Positions 1-13,729 of a stretch of DNA of 64,000 nucleotides are shown piece by piece. Position numbers and translations under genes: made by a program. The notes below the pieces were generated by a model, which saw only the letters and a program-made list of their open reading frames with translations, was not told where the DNA came from and made no database searches. This DNA comes from the human T2T-CHM13v2.0 reference genome, Homo sapiens, in assembly GCF_009914755.1 (NCBI RefSeq), contig NC_060948.1; one strand, written 5' to 3'. Position 1 is the stretch's first letter. Each line of letters begins with the position of its first letter.

Positions 1-2776
1 ACATTAGAACCAGTAAATACTTGTTACCTCCACATTTGGGCATCTTTGTGAAGTCCACTTGAAGATCTTCAAAAGGAGCTGCTCTATAGGCTTGTATGCC
101 AGGAGGAACAGAGGGGCCTTGCTTTGCATTATGCTGTCATCAGGTAACCCATCACTGTGCTACTGTCTTAGCAAGAGCTGGCAAGTGTGAGATATAGAAA
201 TACCAGCTTAACAGCTTTTCAAGTGAGTCTTGGCCTGAATGGGTAGTTTCATGTACAGCCAGCGTGACTGTGGCTCCTAGCAGCTGTGGTACAGCTATTC
301 TCCCATCTAGTAACTTTATCCATCCTTTTTGTATTGCTTGTCCTCCCTCTGCCTGAAGAAAGTCTTTTTCCTCTTTAGAATAAGTAGACACCAGATCAGG
401 TGTTTGAGGGAGCAGGAAGGCTGTGACTGATGCCCAGTAAGGAGTAGACGCTGCTTTTCGTGCCTCTGTGACTGCTCGGGAGTTTCCCTGGCTTACTGAG
501 GTAGAAGCTTGCTGATGTCCCTTGCAGTGCATGACTGCCACCTTTTGGGCTTTCCCACTGCCTCTAATAATTGCATAATTTTTTGTTGATATTTTATGTC
601 TTTTCCTCCAGAATTTAACAGGGCTTTTTCTTTATATAATGCTCCATGTACTTGAAGGGTTAGAAAGGCATATTGAGAGTCAGGATAAATGTTTACAGTC
701 TTACCTTCACTGAGTTCTAGAGCCCAAGTTTAAGCAATGAGTTCTGCTTTCTAGGCTGAAGTGCCCTGAGCGATGGCTTGGCTTCAATAACATTATTCAA
801 GGTTACCACCACATATCCGGCACATCTTTCTCCTCGTGGATTGATGAAGCTGCTCCCGTCCACGTATAACTCCCAGTCCACTGATGCCCATGGCTGGTAT
901 CAAAGATTGGATCTGCTAGAATGGACTCAGTCCAACACCTCCACACAGCTATGTTCAACAGGGCTATCCAATACTGGGAGAAAGGTGGCAGGATTTAGGG
1001 TGTTACAGACTTCAATGGTTACGTAGGGGTTTTCACATAGCAAGCTCTGGTACTTGATTAATCTAGCATTTATTAGCCAATGGTGTCCTTTGGTATTCAT
1101 TAAAATTACCACCGCATGAGGGGCCTTTATACTTAAGTTTTGTCCAAGGATTAGCTTTTCTGCTTCTTGTGCTAACAGGGCTTTAGCTGCCAGGGCTCTC
1201 AGACATGGAGGCCTGCCTTTTGAAACTCCGTCTAGCTGTTTTGAGAGGTAGGCCACTGGTCTTGGCCAGGGCCCCAGAGTTTGGATTAAAACTCTAACTG
1301 CCATTTTTTCTCTTTCTGACACAGAGTATAAAGGGCTTTGTCAAATATTGTAGTCCTGGAGCTAGGACTGAGATAAGTTTTTCTTTTAACTTACAAAAGG
1401 CTTGCTGTTGTTGAGGCCCCCATTTAAAGGGCTCTCAGTCACCCCACTTTGTAATCCCATACAATGGTTGGCTAGCACTGCAAAGTTTGGAATCCATAAT
1501 CTGCAAAACCCCACAGCTCCTAGAAATTCCCTTACTTGCCTTCTGGTTTCAGGTTCTGGTAAGCTGCAGATGACCTGCTTTCTTTCTGACCCCAGGCTGC
1601 ACTCCCCTTTCTGAACAGTGAATCCCAGGTAGTGTACCTGCTGTCTGCAGGTCTGAGCTTTCTTCTTGGACACCTTATACCCACAGTCCTCCAGGTGCAG
1701 GGCATCCATCCCTTTTGCACAACCGACTGACATGGAGAGTCCTAGCAGAAGGTCATTCACGTACTGGAGCAAGACACAGCCTAGGTCTTTAGCAGGAAAC
1801 TTCTGGGGGTCTTGAGCCACCACATCCCTGAAGATGGTGGGGGAATTTTTCAACCCCTGGGAAAGCCAAGTCCAAGTGTACTGAGTGGTGACACCTGACC
1901 CTGGATCTTCCCACTAAAAGGCAAACAGCTTTTGGCTCTCAGGAGCTAGTCTGATGCTAAAGAAGGCATCTTTCAAGTCCAGGCAAGGAAACCTGCTGTC
2001 CTCAGCCAGGAGCAATCCTAACAGTGCGTAAGGGTTAGGAACTGTTGGGTGCAGTCACTGTAGCTTGGTTGATCAACCCTGTACAAGTCGATAGTCCTTG
2101 GTCCCTGGCTTGGGGACAGGTAGGAGGGGGGTGTTCCATGGAGACTGGCAAGGAACTATAATCCCAAAAGCTTTTAGGGGTCTGAGATGAACCTGTATTC
2201 CTTCAAGAGCTTCCCTGGAAACTGGATACAGCTTTTGTCTGATTGGCTGGGCCCCAGGCTTAACTTCTATGAGTACGGGGGCTTGACTGATCACTAGCCC
2301 CAGAGGATTGTCCTCCGCCCATACTTGGGGCCATCAATTAGCTAGAGCCGGTTTTGTCTCCTCACCTGGCTCAGTTAGAAAAAGTCTCCATTCTTCTTCT
2401 CAGGGGACTGTAAGGGCCCTGAAAATGCCTGTTCCCAGTAACTTCAGCTGTAAAGAGCCCTGGTTTGTAAAGGAAGTGGTGGCTCTCATCTTGCTAAGCA
2501 AGTCTCTCCCTAACAAAGGCAAGGGGCAATCAGGTGTATACAGAAACTGATGAGTCACCTTATGTCTTGCCACCGAAGAGGTCCCTGGTAGGCAGAAAAC
2601 CTGCCTGGTGGAGACTCCTGTTGCTCCGATTGTATCAATGGTTTTCTTAGATAAGGGGGTGACTGGGGAGGTCACTACTGAGTGTTCAGCCAAGTATTGA
2701 TCAATCACTTAGTGTCCTTGCCCCCTATTGTCATCATGACCATGAGCTCCTTGGGGGCACTTGAGCCCAGTCCCCT
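1..2776 (-). pseudogene. pol: Disrupted pro-pol (protease, RT, RNase H, integrase N-terminus)
   Basis: ORF fragments: AEHSVVT...DCPLPLLGRDLL (protease); PCQSPWNTPLLPVPKPG..DYR, NSPTIF, LLQYVNDLLL, REFLGAVGFCRLWIP (RT); RPVAYLSKQLD, VMHCKGHQ..GN (RNase H); VHETTH (IN zinc finger). Many stops and frameshifts. Confidence 0.92.
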
Positions 2777-4333
2777 TCAGTCTAGTAGCCCTTTGGCCAA
2801 ATTGAACAGAGTCCCTTTGTCTTTATCTGTAGTTTTTTGCTCCCATCACCTTGCTTCTCTTTTAGTTGGGGACATTTATCTTTTCAATGTCCTATTCTTT
2901 ACAGTAGGCACACTTGTTATGCTGCAGACATGAGTGATTGGACTGGCATTTCTCCTGGGACCTCACTTTCCCTGCCCTTTTTGGGGGATCCCTCTAACTG
3001 CCACAGCCAGCAAGTCAGCATTCTGCCTGGCCTGGCATTCGCCCTCCTTACGGCTTTCTTGGCAGATTGTTGCATCTCTATTTACAAATACCTGATTAGT
3101 TATCTCCAGTAACTTTGAAGTATGCAAAACTAGCCTGTTTTTGCAATTTCCTCTGGATATCTTCTGCGCTTTGACTAACTAAGGCCATTTTAATCATAAG
3201 CTGATTTTCAGGACTATCCGGATTGCAAGGAGTGTACATACGACAGGCCTCACACAGTCTTTCATAAAATTGGGCTTGGTGTTCCTCTTTTCCTTGGCTA
3301 ACTTCAGAAACTTTATTTACACTGGTGGCCTTTTGAGCTTCTTTTTCAGCCCTTCAATTAATGCCTCCTGGTATCATCTTAGCCTCTGCATATCTGGTCT
3401 TTCATTCAGATCCCATTGAGGGTCCATTCCTGACAGCTGAATTCTTATGTATTCCTGGGGATTTTGGTAATTGGCTGAGACGTGCTCCTCTAGCCATTTA
3501 GTTGCCACCTGGAGCACCCTTCACCTTTCATCTGTGTTAAAGAGGTACATGAGTAGCTGGTGGCAATCAGCCCAAGTAGGATTATGAGTCTGTATAATCA
3601 TTTGGAGCAAGTCAATTAACGCTTGAGGCTTTTCAGTGTTAAGATGGAGTATTATTTTTCCAATGAAGAGGTCAGCAGAGGTGAAAGGGTGATATACGAA
3701 GGCACACCTCTCCACCATGTATCCATCCTCATCTACCCCAGTGTATTGCTGTTCTCTCAGGGGCATTTAGATTCTATTCTTGGGCCATAAATGGGCAGGC
3801 AAAGGAGGAGTTTCTCCTGCAGCTTCACTTCCTTTCTTGTCTACTCTGAGTGGCCTAGGGGCTGTGGGCTGAGGAGTAGGGGTCTCTTTGCTGTAAGGCA
3901 GGGGGCACTGTTTGTGCCATCTCCTGCCACAAGTCTTCAGGCTCTGGGTCAGACAAAACTTTAGGGGATGGCTTTCCTCTTCAGGTGGAACGAGAACCTT
4001 CCTTAACTAACTGTCCCTCTGCTACTAGTACTGCTGCTGCCTGTCCCCTTAACCACTGCAGGGGATCTAAAACTAGCTGTAACCAGAAATCTATATATGG
4101 GAACTGATCTTGGTGTCCTGTCTTGCCAGTTACTTTTGCCATACCTTTGAAACAAGAGACCTGTCCAGGCTTCTTTCTGATGGCCAGCATACCTCTAATT
4201 CTGGCCAATCTATTTCACACAAAGTTCTAAGTTTTCCTGGAGTCATAGCGACTCCATAGTCTCCCTTGAATCCTTTCTTGAAATTCTTTAACATAGTTCC
4301 CAACAGGGTGGGCTTACTTTGCACCTGGCCCAG
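2777..4333 (-). pseudogene. gag: Disrupted HERV-E-like gag
   Basis: QSKPTLLGTMLKNFKKGFKGDYGVAMTPGKLRTLCEIDWP (MA), YHPFTSADL..HNPTWADCHQLL (CA), and a broken CAYCKE-GH-KDKCP zinc knuckle at ~2867-2911. TGA stop at 2777-2779. The start codon position reads CTG. Confidence 0.9.
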
Positions 4334-4834
4334 GTTTTCTCAAGACAAAATACCACGCCCACACCACACACTCACCACATAACAAAGAACAGGTAAAGAG
4401 GGCACGCACACACCTTTATCATTCATACCAAACCAAAATCAGAGTATTAGCCCAAGTCAAAACCAAAACCAAGTATCAAGCAATTCAGGTAAAGTCAAAA
4501 CCAGAACAATAGTGTCAATACAGACACACTGTGGGTGATCAGGCCATGCTTCCACTCAAATAGAGTGGGCAAGTTTCAAAGACTAGTCTTACCAAGTTTC
4601 AGATGTCTGCACTCCAAGTGCCAGTTCCTCCCTTGTGTTCAGCCACTGCGTTGATCCTCCATGTGGGCCTGGCACATGCTGCTCTGGCAAGGCATTCCAC
4701 CAGGGCAATTGCCTACCTGGGATCACTCTTTGGATCACGTCACTAAGGCAGGCCAGAGTCTCCCACAGGGATGCTCCATAGAGCAGGCCTAAGCTGCCTA
4801 AGGGGATGCCTCAGCCGTCCGTCAGTTACCTCGC

Positions 4835-4852
4835 TTCCTGATCAGGGAAACA
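4835..4852 (-). promoter_or_regulatory. Primer-binding site, tRNA-Glu
   Basis: TGTTTCCCTGATCAGGAA versus canonical TGGTTCCCTGACCGGGAA (3 mismatches), 5 nt inside the LTR end. Confidence 0.85.
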
Positions 4853-4857
4853 AGAAA

Positions 4858-5348
4858 TGTAGCAGGATGAGCTGCAGACAAAACCTCACAGACACTGAGG
4901 GAGTGGAGGAAGTGGCTTTAGTCAGCTGGAAGCATCAGCAGACTAACATCTCAAAATCCGAGCTTCTTGAGTGCACAAATTCTGTCCCTTTTAAGGGCTC
5001 ACAATACTAAAGATTTTACATGAAAGTGTCATGATTGATTGAGCCATCTAGGGAGTATGTGACAGGGGTTTCATGCACCGGTTGTCAGAGTGAAACAGAA
5101 CAGAAAGGGAAGTTTCACAATGTCCTTCCATACAATGTCTGGAATGTACGGATAACATCGGTTGCTAGGTCATGGGTTGAATTTTAACTATCAAGCTAAT
5201 GTCAGGCAGGCTCAGGCCTGGTTTTGGGTCTGGTGCCTGGCACTGGGCTGCTTGCCTTTAGTTTCACTTCCTTGTTTCTTCTTAAAACAGGTACTGAGTA
5301 TAAAACAATACATAACAATGTGGGAGGATCTCTTTCATTCTTCTCTCA
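4858..5348 (-). mobile_element. 5' LTR of the HERV-E-family provirus (LTR2B/LTR2C-like)
   Basis: Minus strand starts TGAGAGAAG and ends GCAGCTCATCCTGCTACA (TG...CA termini). 491 bp, next to the PBS. Confidence 0.82.
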
Positions 5349-5467
5349 TTATCATGAAATATGCTGTGTGAGACTATTTTTAATGCATTGATTTATATGT
5401 TTCCCTCTTTTGCCTTTTTGTAACTGTTTACAAAATCATACCTGATTAAATTACATGTATTTGATGG

Positions 5468-5773
5468 TTTTTTTTTTTTTTTTTTTGAGACAGTCTCGCT
5501 CTGTCTCCAAAGTTGGAGTGTAGTGGCAGGATCTTGGCTCATTGCAAGCTCTCCCTCCAGGGTTCATGCCATTCTCCTGCCTCAGCCTCCCTAGTAGCTG
5601 GGACTATAGGTGCCTGCCACCACATCCAGCTAATTTTGCTAATTTTTTGTATTTTTAATAGAGATAGGGTTTAACCATGTTAGCCAGGATGGTCTCGATC
5701 TCCTGACCTCATGATCCACCTGCCTAGGCCTCCCAAAGTGCTGGGATTACAGGCATGAGCTGCTGTGCCCAGC
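5468..5773 (-). mobile_element. Alu (AluY-like, CpG-decayed)
   Basis: Poly-T, then GCAAGCTC, TTCATGCCATTCTCC and TTAGCCAGGATGGTCTCGATCTCC diagnostic motifs. Confidence 0.9.
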
Positions 5774-6611
5774 TTTGACTGATTTTTTAAAATATACCAA
5801 GCAGTGGGTCATGACAGTAAAAAAGTCACCTGTTATGCTCAAATTAATCTGATTAAGGAAACATAGCATAATCTTTGTCAAGAATCATTTCATTTTTCCC
5901 TTTCAGTGATTCAGTATAAATACTTCAGATGAGAATCAATATTTATAATTTTCAGAGTACTGCCTATAAAATAGTGAAAAGCAATTTGTCAATGTGATTA
6001 CATATTAGGTGGTAACATTTAGACCCTGTCAAGTCTGAACATTGAATAATTTGAAGGATTTCTACAAAAGGAAATATAATACTTTAGAAAGAGATTGGCT
6101 TTTGGCTCTATATCATAAATTGGTCCATTTTGTAGAATTACGTATTTATAATAACATCTAGTCAGAGCATGGAGGAAAGGAAGCATTCTTGATTACACTG
6201 TCACACATTTTTATGACTACTGCACTCAGATAGTAGCAGCAGAAAATGGATGTTTATCTCATTTATCTTTGCTTTCTCAATATGTCACCATTCCCAGTAA
6301 ATCACTTTTGAATGAAATCTTGCAAAATTATGTTACATACTACTCTGGCTTAGTGAATAGAATCTAAAGCTTCGATATTTATTTCAGGTTCTGAATTGGT
6401 CAAATATTCTATGGGATGGAGTGAAATATGTCCAGGGCAGGATCACTTTGGATATTAACTTTCTACACTAAACTACTTTTTATTAAATGGTTGGTTTTAG
6501 AATGCTTAATTTATCAAAACATACCCATTTTAAATGTGTAACAAACAAAGCTTTCATGTGTAGTATTTTGACCTAGAAGAAAATTTTTTTCTAGTGCTTC
6601 TTTACTACTGA

Positions 6612-6916
6612 TTTTATTTATTTTATTTTTTTGATACAGTGTTTTACTCTGCCACCCAGGCTGGGATATGACGGTGCAATCTTGGCACACTGCAGCCTTT
6701 GCCTCCCCAGCTCACGCAACCACAACCCTTCCACCTCAACCTCCTAAGTTGCTGGGACTACAGTCATGCACCACCACACTTGACTAGTTTTTGTGTTTTG
6801 TGTAGAGGTGAGATTTTGCCATGCTGCCCAGGCTGGTCTCGAACTCCTGGATTCAAGCAATCTCCCTCCTTGGCCTCCCAAAGTGTTAGTATTACAGCCA
6901 TGAGCCACTGCAATGG
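6612..6916 (-). mobile_element. Alu (old, AluJ-like)
   Basis: Dimeric Alu with T-rich tail; CCCAGGCTGGTCTCGAACTCCTGG, GCCTCCCAAAGTG. Confidence 0.88.
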
Positions 6917-7285
6917 ACAACATAAATCCAGTTTTTACCATACGTTAGCTAATGCTAGAAGAGAATAAAACTTTTACATTGCATATTGAATAAGAATTGT
7001 GAAAAGAAGAATGCAGTTTTTAAAAATGATTTTCAAGGTAGTTTCCAGTGGAAGATTTAATATACTTAAATGATAACTAATCCATTTGAAGACAGCATTG
7101 GCTTGGGCAATTCAGGTTAAGAGAATGACAAGTCCTCTTTAGAAATGTCCAACCTGTCAACACATTAGTATGTGTTCCGGGGAAAGTATTTTCCATGAGA
7201 ATCTCATTAAGCTTCAAGAAAACTTGTCATAAACAGTGAATAAAAGAACAGTTCAAACATAATCTGTCAAACAAGAATTCTTTGA

Positions 7286-7907
<622 letters not shown>

Positions 7908-8908
7908 CGTTTCTGGACATTGACTCTTTATCCTTTTCTGTCTGGATCCTGGCCCATCTTTGAGAAACTTCCCCAACCCTCTGTTTTCTGCTTAAGTTTG
8001 ACCAGTAGATACCAGAAGATTGGGCAGAGTATGAAATTGAGTCATCCATTCCCGGAAGCTGTTTTCTGGGCTTTTATGCAAAGCTAAAATCCCTCTTTTC
8101 AAATTTTTTTGACAGCCACAGCCTATGTTCAGAATTTAATAACTGTTTCATGCATTGGCCCCATAGGGGTACCAGGTCTTCCTGCTGTAACTAATCCAGT
8201 TTCCCACTCCTCATTTCCTCACATGTATGCACCATGTCCTTTTATCAAGCCATCCTCAATTATCCTTACATGAGAGTGCCATCTGTTTCCCTTAAACCTC
8301 AACTCAGACAAGTAGAGCTAAATATATTAATGTCTTATGAATCCATCCCAAAAATTCTCGGTGAAATTTCAAGCAAATACAAATGCCCATGTTCATTTTC
8401 CACATTCCACACAAGACATGTCGTATACATTTATTCTGTCCTCTACTTACTAATCCTTTGTTATTTTACTTAGCAGTATATTCTGACCATCTTATCATGA
8501 CGCTACATAGTAATTCCTAAATACCATATTTTTAGAGCAACAATTTCCTTCATACATATGGAAAATAATTTATGTGTGTATCCAATTATCTATTTAAAAA
8601 TGCAACTACAAATAACTTTGTGCTTATGTTTCATAAAAGTGTGTATGTATCAGTAGGATAATTTTCTAGTGTAAGATTTCTGGGTCAAGTATAGGCACAC
8701 TTGTAATATTCTTAGATATTTACCAATTGACCTTGTTAGGAATTGAATCGTAGCTAATTTTGTAGCTCATTATAATCACACACACTTCAGAGCTTACAAC
8801 AGAGGGTTAAGTAAAAATTTAAGATTGCAAAACTGACAGTTAAAAAATGATCTTAGTGTGCTTTTAAATAATTTCTCTTTTAATTGATTATTAGTGTACT
8901 TTTAATTA

Positions 8909-8911
<3 letters not shown>

Positions 8912-8952
<41 letters not shown>
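8912..8952. repeat. (CT)n microsatellite
   Basis: About 20 perfect TC units. Confidence 0.95.
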
Positions 8953-8954
<2 letters not shown>

Positions 8955-10825
8955 TAGTCTTTTGGAGATTAGTCCTTTGCAAAGTGATTGGTAAACATTT
9001 TCCAAGATGATTGGTTTGGTTATGTGTCCTTTGCTATAAAAAGCATTACAAAAATGCTTAGTCAAATTTATTGAAACTTGTATAGCTATTAGATTTTGAG
9101 TTTTATTTAAAAGGATTTTCCACTCCAAAATTCAAAAGGATGAAAATCACCTGTTTTCTTCTCATGATCTGTGATGTTATTTTTATCACATTGCTTGTAA
9201 GCTAAATTCCCATGTATATTTGTCTCTTTATGGGGTTTCTTTTTTTTTCTACTGGTTGTCAGTCTTCTCAAATGATGCAATACCGTATGTTTTAATTTAG
9301 AGGCTTTATAAAAATAGTTTACTTTCTGCCATTTCTCATCTCTACTCATTACTCTTGTCTTCACAATTTTTGAACTGTTATTTTGGACAGATCATGTCAC
9401 AAGAAACTAGTTTTGCAAATATGATGGTTTAATCAATATATTGTCTTATTTCCCATCTTTTCAATCTCTTTCTCAATAAAAATGCTTTCCCTTAATACCT
9501 AAGTGGTTGATTGTCACACACAAAAAAACAAGCAAACCAACAAAAACAAACAAGCAAAACCCATCATCCCTGTTCCATGTGTTTGCCATTGGGTTTCTTA
9601 AAGCACTTGGAAGAATTTCCCATTTTCTTCTCTCCTCTTGCTTATGTATTTTCTCCTAGCTTTCATCTCATCCACTCCAATGAAGTAGCTCCAACAGTAG
9701 TAACCAGCAATTGCTTTTCCTCTTAATCTATTGGACACATTTGCATACCTTACCCACATCTCCACATCATGTGAGGTTACTAAACACAAGTGCTTACTTG
9801 ACATTGGCTTCTTTCTCGACCTCTGTTATAACACCTTCTCATGGTTCCTTGGCTTCTTATTTTTCCACATTCCCCCTCTACAGTCATTTCAAGGCATCTC
9901 TGTGCCTTTTGTTACTTTACTAATGAATATTCTATGCTGCTATTTCTGAAAGCTTGTTGTTGGGATAGATTCATGAAAGTCTCTTGGGGAGCTCAGTAAA
10001 AACACACTTCTGGGTGCCATTTTGGCAAAATCACCTGGGAATAAGAAGTGTTAACAAGCTCTGGGGGTGGTGGGATGTGAGATAGAATGTGAAAATCTAA
10101 AGCTTTGCTCTAGAGAAACATGATAAGCTGTGTATTTTAAATTTGTAGGTTCAGTTGATATCTTCTGTTCTTCATGGTGGGGGATACCAATGATTTAGAT
10201 AAGTTCTTCTGCAGAATGTAAGCACTTTTATTTTAATGGGAATTCTGTTTAATAGGAAGAACAAATAGCTCTACCCAAGGGCAAACTTGAAATCCACCTT
10301 CAGTTAAAAAAATGCTGAACCTAATTTTGGAATGTTATTTTATCACAATATAATTTTAGCCTTAAATCTATATGATTGTGGTATACACAGATATACATTA
10401 GCTATAGATATAGAGATAGCTATACAAATATTGATATGCATATATGTGGTCCTATTTATTTGGTTTAGATAATCATTGATAATATATATAGCATATTTAT
10501 GTAAATATTCTATAATATATTCCAGAATATTTATATAAATATTTTATTTATTTTCAAAATATATACAGTACATGGGTTGTTTTATATAGATAATCATTGA
10601 GAATATATGTTTGTATCATATAGATAAGCATTGAGAATTTCCTATTTAAAGAGATATAGATAATTTATACATGTGTGTGTGCGTGTATATACATATGTGT
10701 ATATATGAGAAGGTATATATGTATTCTCAATGCTTATAGGTATAAAACAAACCCATATATTCTAATATATAATATATATATTATATATATATATTTCTCT
10801 TAATGATAAGAGAAATATTCTAAGA

Positions 10826-11055
10826 CAGGGGTTAGGAAACTACAGACAAATTTATCCTGTCTTTGGTTTTGGTAAATAAAATTTTATGAAAACTCAGCCA
10901 TGCCTATTTACTTACTTATTGTCTATCCTGACATTTTCAAAGTAGCAGCAGAATTACATACTGCAACTTCAAGAGAAATCATATCACCAACAAATCTAAA
11001 AAATATTTACTCTAAGTCTCTCTACAATAAAAAAAATTATTTGCTGACCATTTGC
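10826..11055. mobile_element. hAT-Charlie MITE (MER58-like)
   Basis: CAGGGGTTAGGAAACTA start, TTTGCTGACCA end, internal GTAAATAAAATTTTAT..CAGCCATGCC. Confidence 0.65.
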
Positions 11056-12197
11056 TATAAACTGCAAATTAAAGCTATCTAGAAAACATTTTTATAACCG
11101 ATGATACTATATCACACCAAGCATGCTGAATTTCTTAGTAATATAATTATATTATAATTAATTAAAATTTTAAAAGTATGTAATTAATTTAACATGTTAT
11201 ACTTTTTACTCCATTGCTATGTTCTCATTAATAAACTTATTACTTTCATTGAAAACTCACATTAGAGGTATCTTTTGTAAAAATGTGCATTGGTCAATTG
11301 TTGGATGCATTTCTTTTAAAATAATTAAGATTTTTATTATAAAAGCCATGTTCATCATTAATTCATTCCTTTGTTTAATATTTGTTAAGGACTATATATC
11401 ACATAAGGAAGTAGGAGTGAGGTTAGAAAATGTATCAGATGAATTCCTGATCACATGTTCTTTTATAATAGTAAAGGGTGTATACACAGAAAAAGTAATT
11501 AGTCAATAAAAATAAGTTGTGTCACTTTCGACAGTAATGACTGCCAGAGAGAAAATAAAATAGAGCCAGCCATGGGAGGACTGACAGGAGAAATGTTGTC
11601 TTGTGTGGTATAGTCAGGAGAGTAAGCTACAATCTGTCACCTGAAGGTAGAGAATATTCCATATATGTGAATTTTTTGGATGTGGGGTGAAACAGATTTC
11701 TTCTACAAGAAGGAAGAGCAAGTATAAAGTCTTCAAGGATAGGACAAGCTTTTTAAGATTCCAAGAAAAGCGAAAAGCTCTAAGACGGAGCTCACTGAAC
11801 AAAGAAAGGAGTCGGAAGAGGATCAGAGAGCCAGTCATGTGTCTAGGTGTGGATCGCTTCCCACGACAGTGTAAAAAGTCTACGTTTCATTCTGAGTACA
11901 ATGAACTCTGTTGAGTTGAAGCCAGAGTGTGGTCTGACTAGGATTACAGGCTCAACAGTCATTCTGGATGCTCTCTGGAGAATGTACTCAAGGAACCAAA
12001 AACAGAATGGAGTCATCCACAGGGAGGAAACAGGCAGGATTCAGGATATGTGTCGAGGAGGAGCTTAAGGAAGTGAGAGAATTTGGGAAACATTTTAAGA
12101 ATTACTCATACTGGCATAATTCAAAACACTTCATTATTAACATTTTTTTGTAAATGTAGCTGGTATTATTTTTACATAGTTTTAATTTACTTTTATA

Positions 12198-12228
<31 letters not shown>

Positions 12229-12233
12229 ATGTA

Positions 12234-12509
12234 TTTTTGAGACAGAGTCTCACTTTGTTTCCCAGGCTGGAGTGCAGTGGTGCAATCTCAGCTCATGGCT
12301 ACCTCCACCAGCTAGGTTCAAGTGATTCTTCAGCCTCAGCCTTGGGAATTACAGGTGTGCCACTCCATCCAGCTAATTTTTGTATTTTTAGTGGAGATGC
12401 CATTTTGCCATGTTGCCTAGGCTGGTCTCAAACTCCTGGCCTCAAGTGATCGGCCCACCTCAGCCTCCCATAGTGTTGTGAATACAGGCATGAGCCACTG
12501 GGCCCGGCC
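12234..12509 (-). mobile_element. Alu preceded by a (TG)n(TATG)n tail microsatellite (12198-12233)
   Basis: GAGACAGAGTCTCAC...CCCAGGCTGGAGTGCAGTGG...GAGCCACTGGGCCCGGCC. Confidence 0.92.
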
Positions 12510-13484
12510 CATAGTTCTCTTTTTAAATATATGAGTCATGTTGTTTTATGTAAATGCACGTGTGTGTGTGCATGTGTACATGTGTGTATTCCTTTTATCC
12601 ATATAACTACATACCCTGCTTTTAGCCACTTTATATTAACAAAATGTTTCTATGTTATTATATATCACCTTAATGGTTAAATATTCTTCCATGAGGTAAT
12701 CATAGCAAAATTACATATAAAATCCCTTATAATTCAACATTCAAATCTTTTTTCTTTTTTTGGATCACTGACATCTACAACACCCACTAAAAGCATTAAA
12801 CATCTTTTTAATTTTTTTTCAAAATCTATATCAGTTCTTTGATATATATCAAAAGAATTGAAATCATTTGCTGAGACACGTGAGCATTTAACAGGTTTTT
12901 GGTACATATTGCAATATTGTTCTTCATGGTAGTATTTGAGAATTCCCATTTCACCTTCCACAAAGGGAGAAAAACACATTTTGTTCAGGAAAATGCTGTA
13001 GAAAAATTAATAATTTCATTGACTTGGAAAAGAAAGTTTAACATATGTAGAGGAAAATTCTGTTGGTGAGTGAAATGCTTTTTTCTACTATGCTGAATTT
13101 TTCTATATTTATCTGGGTTCAGATAGGAAGACATTTAAGTAAAAATATATGTATAAATAAGCCTTTAAAGAAATGTATATCTTTAAGCAATAGAAGTTTT
13201 AAAATCTGTGAGTAAATCAGTTTTATAGTTATAATTCTTGTTTTTCAATAGTCTTACATAAATTTCTGAATAATATATTTCATTCAGTAGACCCTCTTTT
13301 AAATTTAATTTTATAAATAGTTTATCCTCAGTTTGTACATGTTCTATAAATAATTAGTGAGCCAAGTAGGCTTACATTTAGGAAAACTCAGGGCGATTTC
13401 TGAAAAGTTGGAAATTTTCTTACTTGCCCTTTCTGCCTTAAACAAACATCAATTCTTTTTTTTAATTGCATGTGTATGTGTGTA

Positions 13485-13712
13485 TTTTTTTAAATAGGGT
13501 CTTTCTTTGTCTCCTAGGCCTGGGTAAAGTGAAATGATCACAGCTTACTGCAGCCTCAACATCTTAGACTTAAGCAGTCCTCCCACCTCAGCCTCCTAAG
13601 TAGCTAGAACCACAGCTGTGCACCACCACACAAGCCAAGTTTTTTTGTTTTTGAACAAAAACTTGTTTAAAACCAAGTGTTGCCCAGGCTGGTCTTAAAC
13701 ACCAGGACTCAA
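13485..13712 (-). mobile_element. Partial old Alu (AluJ-like) lacking its 5' end
   Basis: CACAGCTTACTGCAGCCTCAAC, CCTCCCACCTCAGCCTCC, GCCCAGGCTGGTCTTAAAC. Confidence 0.8.
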
Positions 13713-13729
13713 GAAGAACAACTGTGAAA

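Larger units (their letters stand above)
1..5348 (-). mobile_element. HERV-E-family (class I, gammaretrovirus-like) provirus, 5' portion, truncated by the left window edge
   Basis: Ordered LTR-PBS(Glu)-leader-gag-pro-RT-RNaseH-IN fragments on the minus strand. The leader reads TTTCTTGtTTCCCTGAtCaGGAAGCGAGGTAACTGACGGACGG, as in HERV-E. Confidence 0.9.
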
